Positions 10,881 to 23,270 of a stretch of 25,399 bases of DNA are shown in pieces (the first letter of the stretch is position 1; every line of letters starts with the position of its first letter). Location of the stretch: the NCBI GenBank assembly GCA_024626585.2, contig JANKJI020000004.1:135531370-135556768 (forward strand). The letters are read 5' to 3'. Below the pieces are notes generated by a model that was not told the origin of the DNA, made no database searches, and saw only the letters and a program-made list of their open reading frames with translations. This stretch comes from Ginkgo biloba (lineage: Eukaryota; Plantae; Ginkgophyta). The translations under genes were made by a program, and so were the position numbers.

Positions 10881-12039
10881 AGATACATGTATATAGTTAT
10901 ATATATTTTGTTATATTTTCAATTTTTTTTTTTTTTGATGTAATGAGGAATATTTTAAATTTATAAAGGAATATTTTAAGTTAGAAAATGGCACGTAATT
11001 ATGACCATAAATACTTTTGTTTGGTTTGATTCACCATATATGGATGAGAGAAATTGGATTAATGATAATATTCTCCTTAGTATTATGTGAATTGTGTAAT
11101 GATTATTGTGTGCAATTAATGATTTTGTTAATGTTTTATTCTTACATGAATGATGATGATGTTGCATAGTATAAATAATGGAATGAATGAATATTTGAAG
11201 GAACAATGAATTCTTAGTTTAGTAAAAATGGTGTAAGAAATTATATGTAAAATATTCATAGATACAAATAATCCTAATGAAAGTGCATTGATTATAATGG
11301 AAGATAAAGGAAGGTATAAGAAGATCGAACCATATAGATACCCACATTTTTATGAGTTTAAAGGAACAAATTACAAATGCACCTCACTAGAGCATTAGTT
11401 TAACCCTAAGAAGAGAGAAAGGATGAAGAATAATCCAAGATGTAATAAGACTATCTAATGTGAAAGAGTACTAGAACTAAATTCATAATTGCCTATCATA
11501 TAATGCTTTGAGGTCAAATCATCTCAAGAAGGGAAGGAATATAACAATCCTAANNNNNNNNNNNNNNNNNNNNNNNNNNNNNNNNNNNNNNNNNNNNNNN
11601 NNNNNNNNNNNNNNNNNNNNNNNNNNNNNNNNNNNNNNNNNNNNNNNNNNNNNNNNNATTTTAAACTAATATCTATGGTTGTGGTTAATTATGTTACTTA
11701 TGTAACAAACATATTATAGGGTCATATTTATAAAGGGTTACCATAAATGAGGTGTATATAACATATATACTAGGATTAAGGACAAGGAAGTCCATTTTGA
11801 ATATTTAAGGGAAACCAAGCCTCATTTATAGAATAAAATTTGAATTAGATCTTGATATCATCTACTTCCTTTTTAATTTTTAGACTCAAGTAAGTCTTTT
11901 TTTTATTTCTTAATCTTAGGTAGGCCCAATATGATTATTGCATTCTATATTACAACCTAACTATACTTATGGCACAAATATTTATTATATTATGCATTAA
12001 CTTCATGTATTATTCTATGTATCTATGTTTCATATTACT

Positions 12040-12700
12040 TTAAGTAAATTTTTAGTAGTAGAACCCATTTGGATTACTACAAGTGATATCAAAGTGAAGT
12101 TTCAAGTTCCAAAGGAGGTGTGGCTAAAGTTTATCAAATTCAACCATGGAGATGGAAATAATTCCTAAATTTTTTTATATAGTAAAAAATATCAAAATAA
12201 TATATGTAATTGAAAAAAAATAACCTTCAATTTTGAGTTTAGAAGCTCCTAATAAGTGTGTTTGAAGTTAGTTTAAAATTTAATAATTTTTGAGCCATTT
12301 GCAGGCATTTCACAAAAGTTAGTTTAAGAAAATAATTCATTAGAATTTATGAAACAAAATACATAATTAAAAATTAAAACTTAATCCATATATTTAAAAA
12401 AAAAAAAAATTTGATTTGGATTTTGAATGCCTTTAGAAAGCTTAACATAATTTCAAATAGGGTTTTGAAGTTATTTTAAGACCATGACTATAATTACAAA
12501 GTTTGTAGCACCAAACTCAATATTTTCTATAATTTTTTATAGATTTAAAAATTTTAGATTCTCATACCCAAAATTCATATTAAGAGTATTAAATTTGGCC
12601 ATCTTACAACCTATAATCACTCCCAAAAAGATAATGCATATTTTGGAGTTGAATTCAGTATTTCTACCACTAGTAGATGAAAGCAAAGGTAATTTTACCT
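12040..12700. repeat. Degenerate long inverted repeat (foldback) centred near 12365
   Basis: Symmetric arm matches: tagtagtagaa ~12053 / ttctaccacta ~12662; tggctaaagttta 12121 / taaatttggcca 12590; ttgagtttagaagct 12233 / agcaccaaactcaa 12507; aggcatt 12303 / aatgcct 12426. Outer-coordinate sums cluster at ~24720-24755. Confidence 0.55.
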
Positions 12701-13119
12701 ATTCTATTTCAATGTTTTCCCAAAATATTTAAATAATCATAACATTCATCTTTCTACAATGTAGAATAAGAAAGTTTGATTTTAATTAGGACTGGGAATA
12801 TTTGATGACACTACAATCAAGTTAAGGAGTGAATTAAGGCTTTAGGCTAAACGTAAAAGATTAAGTGTGGAAATGAAAGAAAGAGATGGTTCAAAGGAAT
12901 GAAATAGATCGATATAAAAATGATAAAAGATAAGGGAAATTTAAAAAAGTTATAACAAAAGACATAAGGAAAACATTGAGAGAAGAAAGGGCCATAAGCA
13001 GAATTTTAAGTGACTAAACAATCCTATACTAAGAACCCTAAGAATCTCAACATACAAAAAAGGTAAATAAGAAAAATAATGGAATCAACTAAGGATAAGT
13101 ATCACTTATAATATACATG

Positions 13120-14395
13120 ATAAAAAATACCCAATTTCAATTTTGATAAGCCAATAGAGGAAAATTAATTAATACTTAAGATAGATTATGCACTTGATCA
13201 AGTTGGTATAGTTAATCAAGTAGAGGGAGTTCAGATAACATTATCGTTCATGGAAGATGAAACAAACACATGGGGATCAAGTTGGCTCAATACTTATACA
13301 CTCATATTTGGCAATTTTATCACTAAAGAAAATAAAGATTGATGACATAAGTGTAGAGTGAAATTAATAAAGTTTTTTCAATGAGGAAAATAAATTATAT
13401 ATCACATAAAAAAATGTGATTATAGTTATGAAATATAAAATTTTCAAGTGATGATTCCCATATGATTTACAACACTAATTTGAGAGTAGAAATGAGATAG
13501 GAAGTAATATGTAAAAGAACATAAACATTACAAGGTGTAATTTATATAAGTAGGAAATAAGAATAAAATAAATAATCATATATAATATGTTATTATTAAT
13601 CACATTTGAGATGAAAAATCCTAAAATATGAAGAAATGATGAAATGAAGGTTACAATCGAGGTAGAAGGAATAACCACTAATCTCAAAGGAAGCACATGA
13701 GGAAGAAAGAGAAGATAAAGATATTGAAAAGGATATTATTAGAGAACATAAAGGATATGAATCATATGACATTGAATATTATGATAATGATATATTTAAA
13801 GATGAATAATAAGAAAAATATTTCAATAAATATATATTGTATGTGATAAAGAAAAATGTGATGGTAAATTGTTGAAAGAGTACTTCATGGAAGAAGTCCC
13901 TAAGGAGAAACTAGAATCTAAGGAGATAAAAAAAATAATGATGATAATGGAAAAATCATAGGATTTTCAATGTCATAAATATAAAATGTGGAAGGTTCTT
14001 TAGAAACACATATAAGAATTCCAAGATCATACACATTTAAGGTTCATGAGTACATATAGAATTCTAAGTTAATAATGAAGGTGGATTCAAGAGATATGTA
14101 CAATTTATTAGATATAAGGTAAGTTAAAATATTAAGGATATGAATTAATAGAAGAAAATGATTCCTATTTTGATATTAGGGCATAAGGAGTTAATCTACA
14201 AATGGATAATAAAATATGTTTAACAAATTAGTAATTATACATTAAAATATTCTTTCATTATTGCTCTAATTAGAGGTGTTCATGGAATACTAGGTATACT
14301 CTGGTTGAAAATTTTAGAAACATATGATACAAATCATATTGAATATTTTATGGCCTTCAAACAATAAGGAATAAAGTATAAAATCTATGATATAA
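13120..14395 (+). mobile_element. Degenerate chromovirus-type Ty3/Gypsy gag-protease remnant
   Basis: gag: KIPNFNFD...LKIDYALD...VQITLSFMEDETNTWG. Protease: YTFKVHEYI*NSKLIMKVDSRDMYNLLD (VDSG-derived, 14081-14092) and FIIALIRGVHGILGILWLKILETYDTNH...MAFKQ*G (ILG..WL motif). Confidence 0.75.
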
Positions 14396-14901
14396 ATTAA
14401 GTAAGATATAAATTTTCCAAACCTAAATAATAAGAATGAAAACTATAAGGGGAACACTTGGGATTCACCAAAAAGATGTTTAGAATGGTAGCACAACTAG
14501 ACATCATAATGAAGGGAATTAAATGGATATAAATTGGATTTTTTTGGATGAAAGGAAAGAATTTTATGATGTACCAAGACTAATGGTAAACCTTCAATAA
14601 ATATAAGCAATGATTAAATAACTAAGGGGTAATCTATAATTCTCTATAATCAAAATAAAATTTTTGGAATATTATAGTAATAACTTGGCTTATGTATTGG
14701 TGGGAAAAATGGTAGACTTAGGAAATTGAAATTATTTAAGGATGAAAGGTCTCCATAGTTTTTTTCTCAAGTGAAATTTCACAAATTTGGCTACAAAATA
14801 TNNNNNNNNNNNNNNNNNNNNNNNNNNNNNNNNNNNNNNNNNNNNNNNNNNNNNNNNNNNNNNNNNNNNNNNNNNNNNNNNNNNNNNNNNNNNNNNNNNN
14901 N

Positions 14902-16632
14902 ACCTCATATGAGTTGAGGTTATAAAGTATATTGGTTGAGAGAATTTTGACCACCCTTATCCTTAGGAAATATTTGGTAGGACTAAATATGATATAACCA
15001 AGTCACTGAGAAATTTTCTTTTAATTTTGTAATCAATAAAGAACATGTTGATGAAATTATTTATGATATTGTTCCTATGGATTGCATTATCATTTTTCCA
15101 AGAATTCCATTTATACATTATAGAAAGGATAGACTCATTCCCTATCAAGGAAAATTTCAATTATATAAGGGTGATAAGACATTATTTATTAATTTTATAC
15201 CTATATCCAAATCCTCCATTTTAGTTAATGGTTCTCAAGCTAAATAATTAGTTCAAGCTTCACAAAAAAATGTTATATTCATGCTTAGAGAGTCAACTTA
15301 GTCAAGTTTAGACACTTATAAGCAATCAAACAATTATATCACTAATGTAAAATAGGAACACTAATTGAATTACATTATTTTAAGCTACCTAAGGGGATTT
15401 CTCTTAAGAATGCTATCTCCTCCTCCATTGATTTTATATCTTATGCACCACTACTAAATGGAATTATTTATCACAAGTTGGTTTGAGAGAATAATGATAT
15501 TAAATAATAACTAGAGGATTTATTGCAATGGATCCACATTAGTTCACCAGTCCTTTTAGCTTCAAAGAAGGATGGATCTTGGAGGATGTGCATTAAATTT
15601 ACATCCATCAATAAAATTAATATTGAGAATTGGTATCCACTTCCATAGATCGATTGCCTCTTGGACTAGATTTAAGGAGCCCATTTACTTAGGAATATCA
15701 AGATAAGTCTAAATATGATCAAGTGTACATTAAAGAGAAAGACACTTGGAATATTTCATTAAAAACTAAGGGTTGTTTGAATGGTCAACCATGTTTTTTG
15801 GGTTAACCAATACCCCTAGCACATTTGTGAGGTTGATGAATGATGTTCTTTAGAACTTATTGGATGTATTTTTAATTATTTAGCTAGATGATATACTTTC
15901 TTTTAGTCACAATTAGGAGGAATGCCTCACATATTTATAGAGGGTTATTTAAAAGTTGAAAGAGCACTATTTGTAGGAAAACTTAGAGAAATTTTATTTT
16001 ACCATTCACAATATCTCTTATCTAGGATTTATCATAGATGAGTATGGATCTAGTATCAACCTATCTAAGGTTGTAGTCCTAAAGTATTAGCTGACACTCA
16101 CTATTGTACATGAGATCTATAGATTTATTAGTTTGTAAAACTTATATAGGAAGTTTTTTCAATTCCTCTTAGATATTTCTTCCCCATTAAACTATCTTAC
16201 AAAGGTAAAATAAGCCTTCTCATAGGTCTAATAGTACTAGGATACCTTTATCGTATTAAAGGATAAACTCAACCTAGCATAATTTTAACCATGTTGAACC
16301 TCTAATTACCATTTGAGATCAAGGAATATGCCTTAATACATGCCATTAGTGAAGTCATCACATAGATGAAAAATCTCATTGCCTTTCACTCTAGGTCTTA
16401 TTCTAACATTGTTTAAAGGTACACCACGTACCATAAAGAGACACATGCCATAATGAAATAAATTAAGCAATGGAAGTATTACCTCTTTGGAAAGGATACT
16501 ATTATTCATTCATACCACCAACCCCTCTATGTTTTGCACTCTTGGAAGAAATTAGAGGAAGTTAAATGTTGGTTGTTGATCCTGATTATCTTCTTGATTC
16601 AGAGGTCTTATTTTAGCCATGTTTGGACCCTA
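14902..16632 (+). mobile_element. CRM-like Ty3/Gypsy copy 1: protease-RT-RNase H pseudogene fragment
   Basis: PR: DHPYP*EIFG...VDEIIYDIVPMDC...IPF. RT: SPVLLASKKDGSWRMCI...YPLP, MFFGLTNTPSTFVRLMN, and *LDD at 15881-15892 (YLDD). RH: PFEIKEYA...AFHS...RYTTYHKETHAI...QWKYYLFGKDTIIHSYHQPL. Confidence 0.92.
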
Positions 16633-16732
16633 NNNNNNNNNNNNNNNNNNNNNNNNNNNNNNNNNNNNNNNNNNNNNNNNNNNNNNNNNNNNNNNNNNNN
16701 NNNNNNNNNNNNNNNNNNNNNNNNNNNNNNNN

Positions 16733-18386
16733 CTATAGGAAGTTTGTATGAGATTTGTTAGAGACTACTTCACCTTTGAACTTTATCATGAAGATAAAAT
16801 AGGCCTTATCATAGGCATAGTATAAATAATATTCCTTCACCCTATTAAAGGTAAAACTTAGCACAACACTAGTTTTAGCCATGGTGAACCTCCAATTTCC
16901 ATTTGAGATTAAGGTAGATTCCTTAAGATATGTGATTTAGGCCATCCTTACATAGANNNNNNNNNNNNNNNNNNNNNNCTTTCATTTTGATTCCTATTTT
17001 CACATTATTTATAGATTCACTACCTACCATTTAGACATTTATTTCATAGTGTAACAAGTTAAGCACTAAAAGTAATATTTGTTTGGTAATGAGACTATTA
17101 TCTGTTCAGATTGGACAAAATTTGAGGACTACAAACTAGTTAAATGGATGAGTTTTCTACAGTAGTTCTACATTATTATCAAGAATAAGAAGGATAGTAG
17201 AAATATTATAGAAAATATATTCAACATACCACCTATGCACTCTTTAGTGAAAGTTATTAATATTACTTGCTTTGGCTTTCCTGAATGGAAATATATTTAT
17301 NNNNNNNNNNNNNNNNNNNNNNNNNNNNNNNNNNNNNNNNNNNNNNNNNNNNNNNNNNNNNNNNNNNNNNNNNNNNNNNNNNNNNNNNNNNNNNNNNNNN
17401 NNNNNNNNNNNNNNNNNNTTTAATTTATGTACTTAATCAAATCTCTCAAACTCATTTGATTCAAGAATCTCATTGCTTTAAGATGGCTAGAAATTTTGGG
17501 GTTAATAAGAGCTTATCCCATTTGTAGAATCATTTTTATTGGACAAGGATGCATTTTAATGTAGAGAAACACATTAGAGATTATTATATCTATAATAATT
17601 CCAATTGGGATCTTAAAAAATATCATCGAATCGTAATGCTCGATCAACCATAGGAGTCTATCTTCATGTACTTTTTTAAAGGATTTCCTTTCACCCAACA
17701 TAAACACAATTATGTCTTTTGGTTATTGATAGATTTAGAAAAATGGCCATCCTAATGGATTGTTAAAAATACATTTCAAATCCATAAGTGGCTATGTTAT
17801 TTTCCATTCATATTTAGACTCACTATAGTATGCCTTCCTCCATAGTTTCCAACCAAGAAAATAGATTTCTCAATCATATTTAGACCAACCTCTAGGGGAT
17901 GCAAACCAAGATAAAGTGATCCACTTATTTTCACCCATAGACCAATGGACATATATAGGTTATCAATGGGAAATTGGTTCATGCTTTATGGATTTATAAC
18001 CATAGTCATCCCAAGACTTAGGGAATGAGTCCTTATCTTATATATAGCATGGTTATAACAGGGCCATTCATCACTCTATTTAGTTATCTCATTTTGAGGA
18101 ATGCTTCATGTTCCTAACCAAGGAACCTATGGATTATCAACTTTTAGTTCTTCCACCTTCTTCTTATTTATTTGAGTAAAACTACCAAGAACAAACTTTC
18201 CATTTTGTTTACCACATTTAGAGGGTATACGAGAAAGTGTATCAGACTTTAGAGAGGGAAACAAGTTAAGTATAAAGAAGTAAATAATAGTCATTACGAA
18301 AATCATATTTTTTATGTTGGGGATAGAGTTTGACTCTATTTACCTAAGGATAAATTCAAAGAGAAGGAATTCAAGGTCAAACCAAT
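16733..18386 (+). mobile_element. CRM-like Ty3/Gypsy copy 2: RT connection-RNase H-integrase pseudogene fragment
   Basis: RT connection and RH: YRKFV...SPLN, PFEIKVDS, LVKWMSFLQ*F. INT: LIQESHCFKMARNFGVNKSLSHL*NHFYW, FHP*TNGHI*VINGKLVH, YI*HGYNRAIH, FYVGDRV*LYLPKDKF...KVKP. Confidence 0.9.
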
Positions 18387-18486
18387 NNNNNNNNNNNNNN
18401 NNNNNNNNNNNNNNNNNNNNNNNNNNNNNNNNNNNNNNNNNNNNNNNNNNNNNNNNNNNNNNNNNNNNNNNNNNNNNNNNNNNNNN

Positions 18487-19328
18487 TATTGGGTTTTCTC
18501 TCACTATCTATTCCCTCTCTCTTTATTTTATTAGATAATGGCTAATTTTGGGTATTATGTGTGCATCAGAATGTTACTATTGTACTCATGCCTATTATTC
18601 CCCCTTGCCTATTATTTATGAGGTTAGCATAGGTTGGTTATAGAATTCATGGCATGTTCCCATTTATAATCTAGCTAAGAGATGATAAAGTCTCTTATAT
18701 ATGAAAAAGACTTATCCAACCTTAGCTAGATTCTATATGTAATTATAATATTTTTCTCCAAGTCTTGTGACATGTGCATATCATACTTCTGGATTAATAG
18801 AGATATTTTCTTCTTGTCCAAATTATCTTTGTGAATCTTATGTTTGATCTTTCTTAGAATCTTTTGTAAGATTGTACTAAGATCTGGTGGTCCAATCACA
18901 TAAGTGAATAGAGTATCTTCTTGGATATTTTATAGTTTTTTTACATCTTCATAGGCTTGTATGGATTGTATTCTCAAGATACGTGCAAAGGCACATATTT
19001 TTGGCAACTTTCTGTGAGTTTTTTAGGCTTCTACGGGTTGAATAATGCTTTTACGATTAGTACCATATTTGTGCACGCTCTTTTATAAAATTATACATTT
19101 GTGCATTCACTTTGAGAGTGAGCTAACATGACACATTATGTGCTAACATGGAATTGTATAAAACACCAAATCGAGTTTAATTTAGACTATAGTAGTGGAA
19201 AGTAAGCTTTAATCTAGTGTGGAAGAAAATTACAAATATGATTATCCCCTTGGATTTATATCCATATGTTTATGCACTATTTGAANNNNNNNNNNNNNNN
19301 NNNNNNNNNNNNNNNNNNNNNNNCATCA
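18487..19328 (+). repeat. Putative LTR (3' end CATCA) of the CRM-like element; left boundary uncertain, possibly in the gap
   Basis: Non-coding stretch ending ...CATCA (19324-19328) two bases before the PBS. TGATG/CATCA termini are characteristic of CRM-clade LTRs. Confidence 0.6.
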
Positions 19329-19330
19329 TT

Positions 19331-19343
19331 TGGTATTAGAGCC
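19331..19343 (+). other. Primer-binding site complementary to the tRNA-iMet 3' end
   Basis: TGGTATTAGAGCC versus the plant consensus TGGTATCAGAGC(C): a single C>T in CAG context. Confidence 0.9.
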
Positions 19344-19479
19344 TAAACTTAGTTCTAAAGAGAAAAATTTCTTTTCTTTTACCTCTTATATGCGTGCATC
19401 ATTTTAGATGTTTTTTTTAATTGGGTGGTAAATTTATTTTGCATATTTTTTCTTCAATTCTAAATTTTCTTCTTTTTCT

Positions 19480-22400
19480 ATGTGGTCTCCACCTAAAATA
19501 TAATGAGGAGGGCCCACCTAGATGCAGCTTTAGAATAAGGCAAAGAGTAGAGGGGAGGAGATCACATTCCACCTGATGGGAATCCTTTCTTCATTCATTC
19601 AAAAAATGAAGAAGAGGAGACTGAGTCAGAGGTCCATGAAGAGGGAACTCTTAAGGACCAAGTGGACAAAATATAAATTGTTATTAGACAGATGAGGAAA
19701 GAATAGAATAAGAGTAAATAATCCATGCAAGAAATCTAAGATACCCTAGGAGAATTGATCACCCTTGTATAATAGATGCAGGTTCAACTTTAAACATTGA
19801 GTGCTTCATTAGGATATGCTTCCCTAATTACTCCACATGTAGTCCTAATTTATTTTTCATTAAAGCATGTGCATGTTCATCACCACATACACCAGTTGGA
19901 CAAACTCCATTTTTAGTAGAGGCCAAGATTGATATCAAGGTATTTTATGGGAAGATGGATGTCAAGTCTTTAGAGACTTTGTTACATGCAATTGAGGTCT
20001 ATTTTTTCTATCAAGCATATAAATATAAGAAGAGGATTTTATTTTCTAGATTAAAAATGGTGAGAAAGGATCTTCTTCAATGGGTGTATTTTACAAGTCA
20101 TGAGAGTAGGTGGGATAGGTACATATTCCTTCATAGATGGAATTTATGAAGGAGTTAAGAAATAAATTTTATCATCTTAGTAATTAAGATGCCCTTTCTC
20201 AAATGGAATCATCTTGGATAGAAGGCACAACAAAGTTTGAAATACTATTATGAGGAGCATAAAAATTTATCCATTTGATTAGACATCAAAGAATTGATTG
20301 GCAAGATGCTTCTTAAATTTTATAGGTGGGATTCATAATCACTTAAGGCATGAGGTGGAATTGTTTCCACTCCATACCATTCATGAGGCATATAAGTTTA
20401 CTTGTAATATTGAAGCTAAAAGGAAAGCTTCACGAGGATTATAGGGATATTCCAAGAGAAAGGATAACACTACTCCATCATCTTCTTCAAATCAAGGAAA
20501 GAGAACCACAGGTTTTGACAAGTCAAAGAAGTGTGTTCATCATGGAAAATAGGGCCATAGTGAATCTAATTACTTCAAAATCCATATAGAGAAGGTTAAT
20601 TAGAGGAAGTATAAGGGAATGAGGATAGATCTATAGGTTTCTATTACTTCTAATGAACCTAATTTATCTATTACTCTTGTTAACATATAATTCAAGATCA
20701 AAGATCAAAAGAGTCTCTTCACTTTTAAGTTGTAGGTTAAGGATAGGTTATTGATAGATATTCTTGGTAGTGGTATCTAGAAGAACCTAATTTTAAATGG
20801 AGTGGTATAAGACATAGGTTTAGAGTTTTAGGATCAACTAAATCCATATGAAACCAACGAAAGAAACAAGAAGAAGAGAAATAATGTTACTCATCAGTTA
20901 ACATTTAAGTTTTCAATAGCCAAGAACTATGTTAATGAAATTTCTTGTGATGTGGCTCATATGGATTGCATAAATGTATTGATTGGGATTCCATTGTTAC
21001 ATGATAACTAGGAAAATATAATTCCCTACCAATAAAAATGTGTTATCTATATAGGGAAGAATCCTTTGACATTTAATACATTCCTTATTATAGATCTTCC
21101 ATTTTTATGAATGGTGCAAAAGCCAAGAGGTTGGTCTAGGATTCCCATAAGTTTGTTTTGATTATATTGAGAAGACATTTTGAGTCAATTTTAGAGACTT
21201 GAATTGAGTTAGAGATAACTTTTAAGGATGGGAAGTATGAGAAATAGGTGAAACATATTTTATATTAGTTTGAGGACATGTTTAGATATTCTAATGGATT
21301 ATCCCTAGAGAGAGCAATTTCACATGAGATTGATATTGAGCCAGGGGATTCATTGCCTAATGAAATTATTTATAGGATATTACTTATGGATAATGAGGAC
21401 ATAAAGAAGAATATTTTAGAGTCTTTAGATAAGGATCATAGTAGGCCTAGTGATTCTCCTTGTGGTTCACCAATCTCATTGGTGCCTAAGAAAGATGGTT
21501 ATTTATGCATATGTATTGACTATAGGGTGATCAATAAGATAAAAATGAAGAATAGGTATCCACTTCCATGAATATATGATTTTTTTATTAGTTATAAGGT
21601 ATCATATACATTATAGATATTTATTTAAAATTGAGATATGATTAGGTGAGGATTTGAGAGGAGGATACNNNNNNNNNNNNNNNNNNNNNNNNNNNNNNNN
21701 NNNNNNNNNNNNNNNNNNNNNNNNNNNNNNNNNNNNNNNNNNNNNNNNNNNNNNNNNNNNNNNNNNNNNNNNNNNNNNNNNNNNNNNNNNNNNNNNNNNN
21801 NNNNNNNNNNNNNNNNNNNNNNNNNNNNNNNNNNNNNNNNNNNNNNNNNNNNNNNNNNNNNNNNNNNNNNNNNNNNNNNNNNNNNNNNNNNNNNNNNNNN
21901 NNNNNNNNNNNNNNNNNNNNNNNNNNNNNNNNNNNNNNNNNNNNNNNNNNNNNNNNNNNNNNNNNNNNNNNNNNNNNNNNNNNNNNNNNNNNNNNNNNNN
22001 NNNNNNNNNNNNNNNNNNNNNNNATAGCTTTTTTAATTTGGCTAACTTCTATAAGAAGTTCATGCTAGGTCTTTCTGAGATTACTTCTCCTCTTCATTAG
22101 ATTATGAATGATAAGAATACCTTCATTTGGGATAAATCCTAATAGAATGTGTTTGATTTGATCCAATATCAATTATGTATAGAACTAGTATTGGTTATGC
22201 TTAATCTTTAGTTGCGTTGTGAAGTGGAGGCAGATGCATCAGGAATGTTATGGGAATAGTCTTAACAAAGTAAGACAAGAAAATTTTCTATAATTTAGAG
22301 TATTTTTTAGATATAGTATAGATATATAATATATATCACAAGGATACTTATTCCATAGTCCTTAGGAAGAAGACCATTATTCACTCATATCATTAACTGC

Positions 22401-23170
22401 TATAGTTCCTTGACTTACAGTCTAAGTTAGAGGATTATAGGTTGGTCAATTAGATGGAGTATTTCTAACAATTTCACATCATCATCAAGTTTAATAAGGG
22501 AAGTAATAACATAGTGACATATTTTCTTAGTAGACTATAGATTCATTCCTTACTATATGTATTCTATACTTCTTATTTTGGATTTCCTAAATGGAGAGAT
22601 TTATATATGGTTGATTTTGATTTTGCACATGTTATGACTTAGGTGTCAGACCCTCGTATTGTGAAAGAAGATTCTTTAAGGGATTATTACCTCAAATATG
22701 GATTACTATATAGGCTTGGTTTATTATGTGTGTGTAGTGGTAGTTATAAACCATAGTTTATTACAGAGACAAATTATTATAAAGTCGTAGGGAACTTTGG
22801 AATAAAGAAGACCATTATACATATAAATCAATATTTATTTTATCCCAAGATATAGTTGGATATAGAGAGTTATATTGGATATTTTTATTGTGTTGCACTT
22901 CTAAGACTTCAAATAAAAATCTTGGGAAGTANNNNNNNNNNNNNNNNNNNNNNTAGAGAGACCTTAGGAGTCCATTTCTATGGATTTTCTTAGTGATTTT
23001 CCAATAACACAAAGAGGTAATAATTATATTTTTGTGGTGGTGGCCAAGTTTAGAAATATGTCTATTTTGGTTTCTTTCTAGAGGATAATTTCGTCTCCAC
23101 AAGTTACTAGTTTATTCTTCACACATGTTTGGACACACTTTACGTTGTCATATTCTATTCTTTTAGATAT
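19480..23170 (+). mobile_element. CRM-like Ty3/Gypsy copy 3: near-full gag-PR-RT-RH-INT pseudogene
   Basis: gag: FLVEAKIDIKVFYGKMDVKSLETLLHAIEVYF; decayed knuckle CVHHGK*GHSESNY (~20531). PR: ILGSGI*KNLI...VNEISCDVAHMDC..LIGIP. RT: ORF 21278-21571, PCGSPISLVPKKDG...CIDYRVINKIKMKNRYPLP. RH: EVEADASG. INT: VGNFGIKKT, RP*ESISMDFL, IFVVVAKFRNM, LFFTHVWTHF. Confidence 0.93.
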
Positions 23171-23270
23171 NNNNNNNNNNNNNNNNNNNNNNNNNNNNNN
23201 NNNNNNNNNNNNNNNNNNNNNNNNNNNNNNNNNNNNNNNNNNNNNNNNNNNNNNNNNNNNNNNNNNNNNN

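Noticed and set aside
14400-14801. Additional coding remnant after the chromovirus protease (also 11270-11550)
   Set aside because: Purine-rich and coding-like, but no identifiable conserved motif.
16567-16632. TGTTGG as the start of a nested copia LTR
   Set aside because: The sequence is better explained as the RH-INT linker (VDPD...DP) after a deletion.
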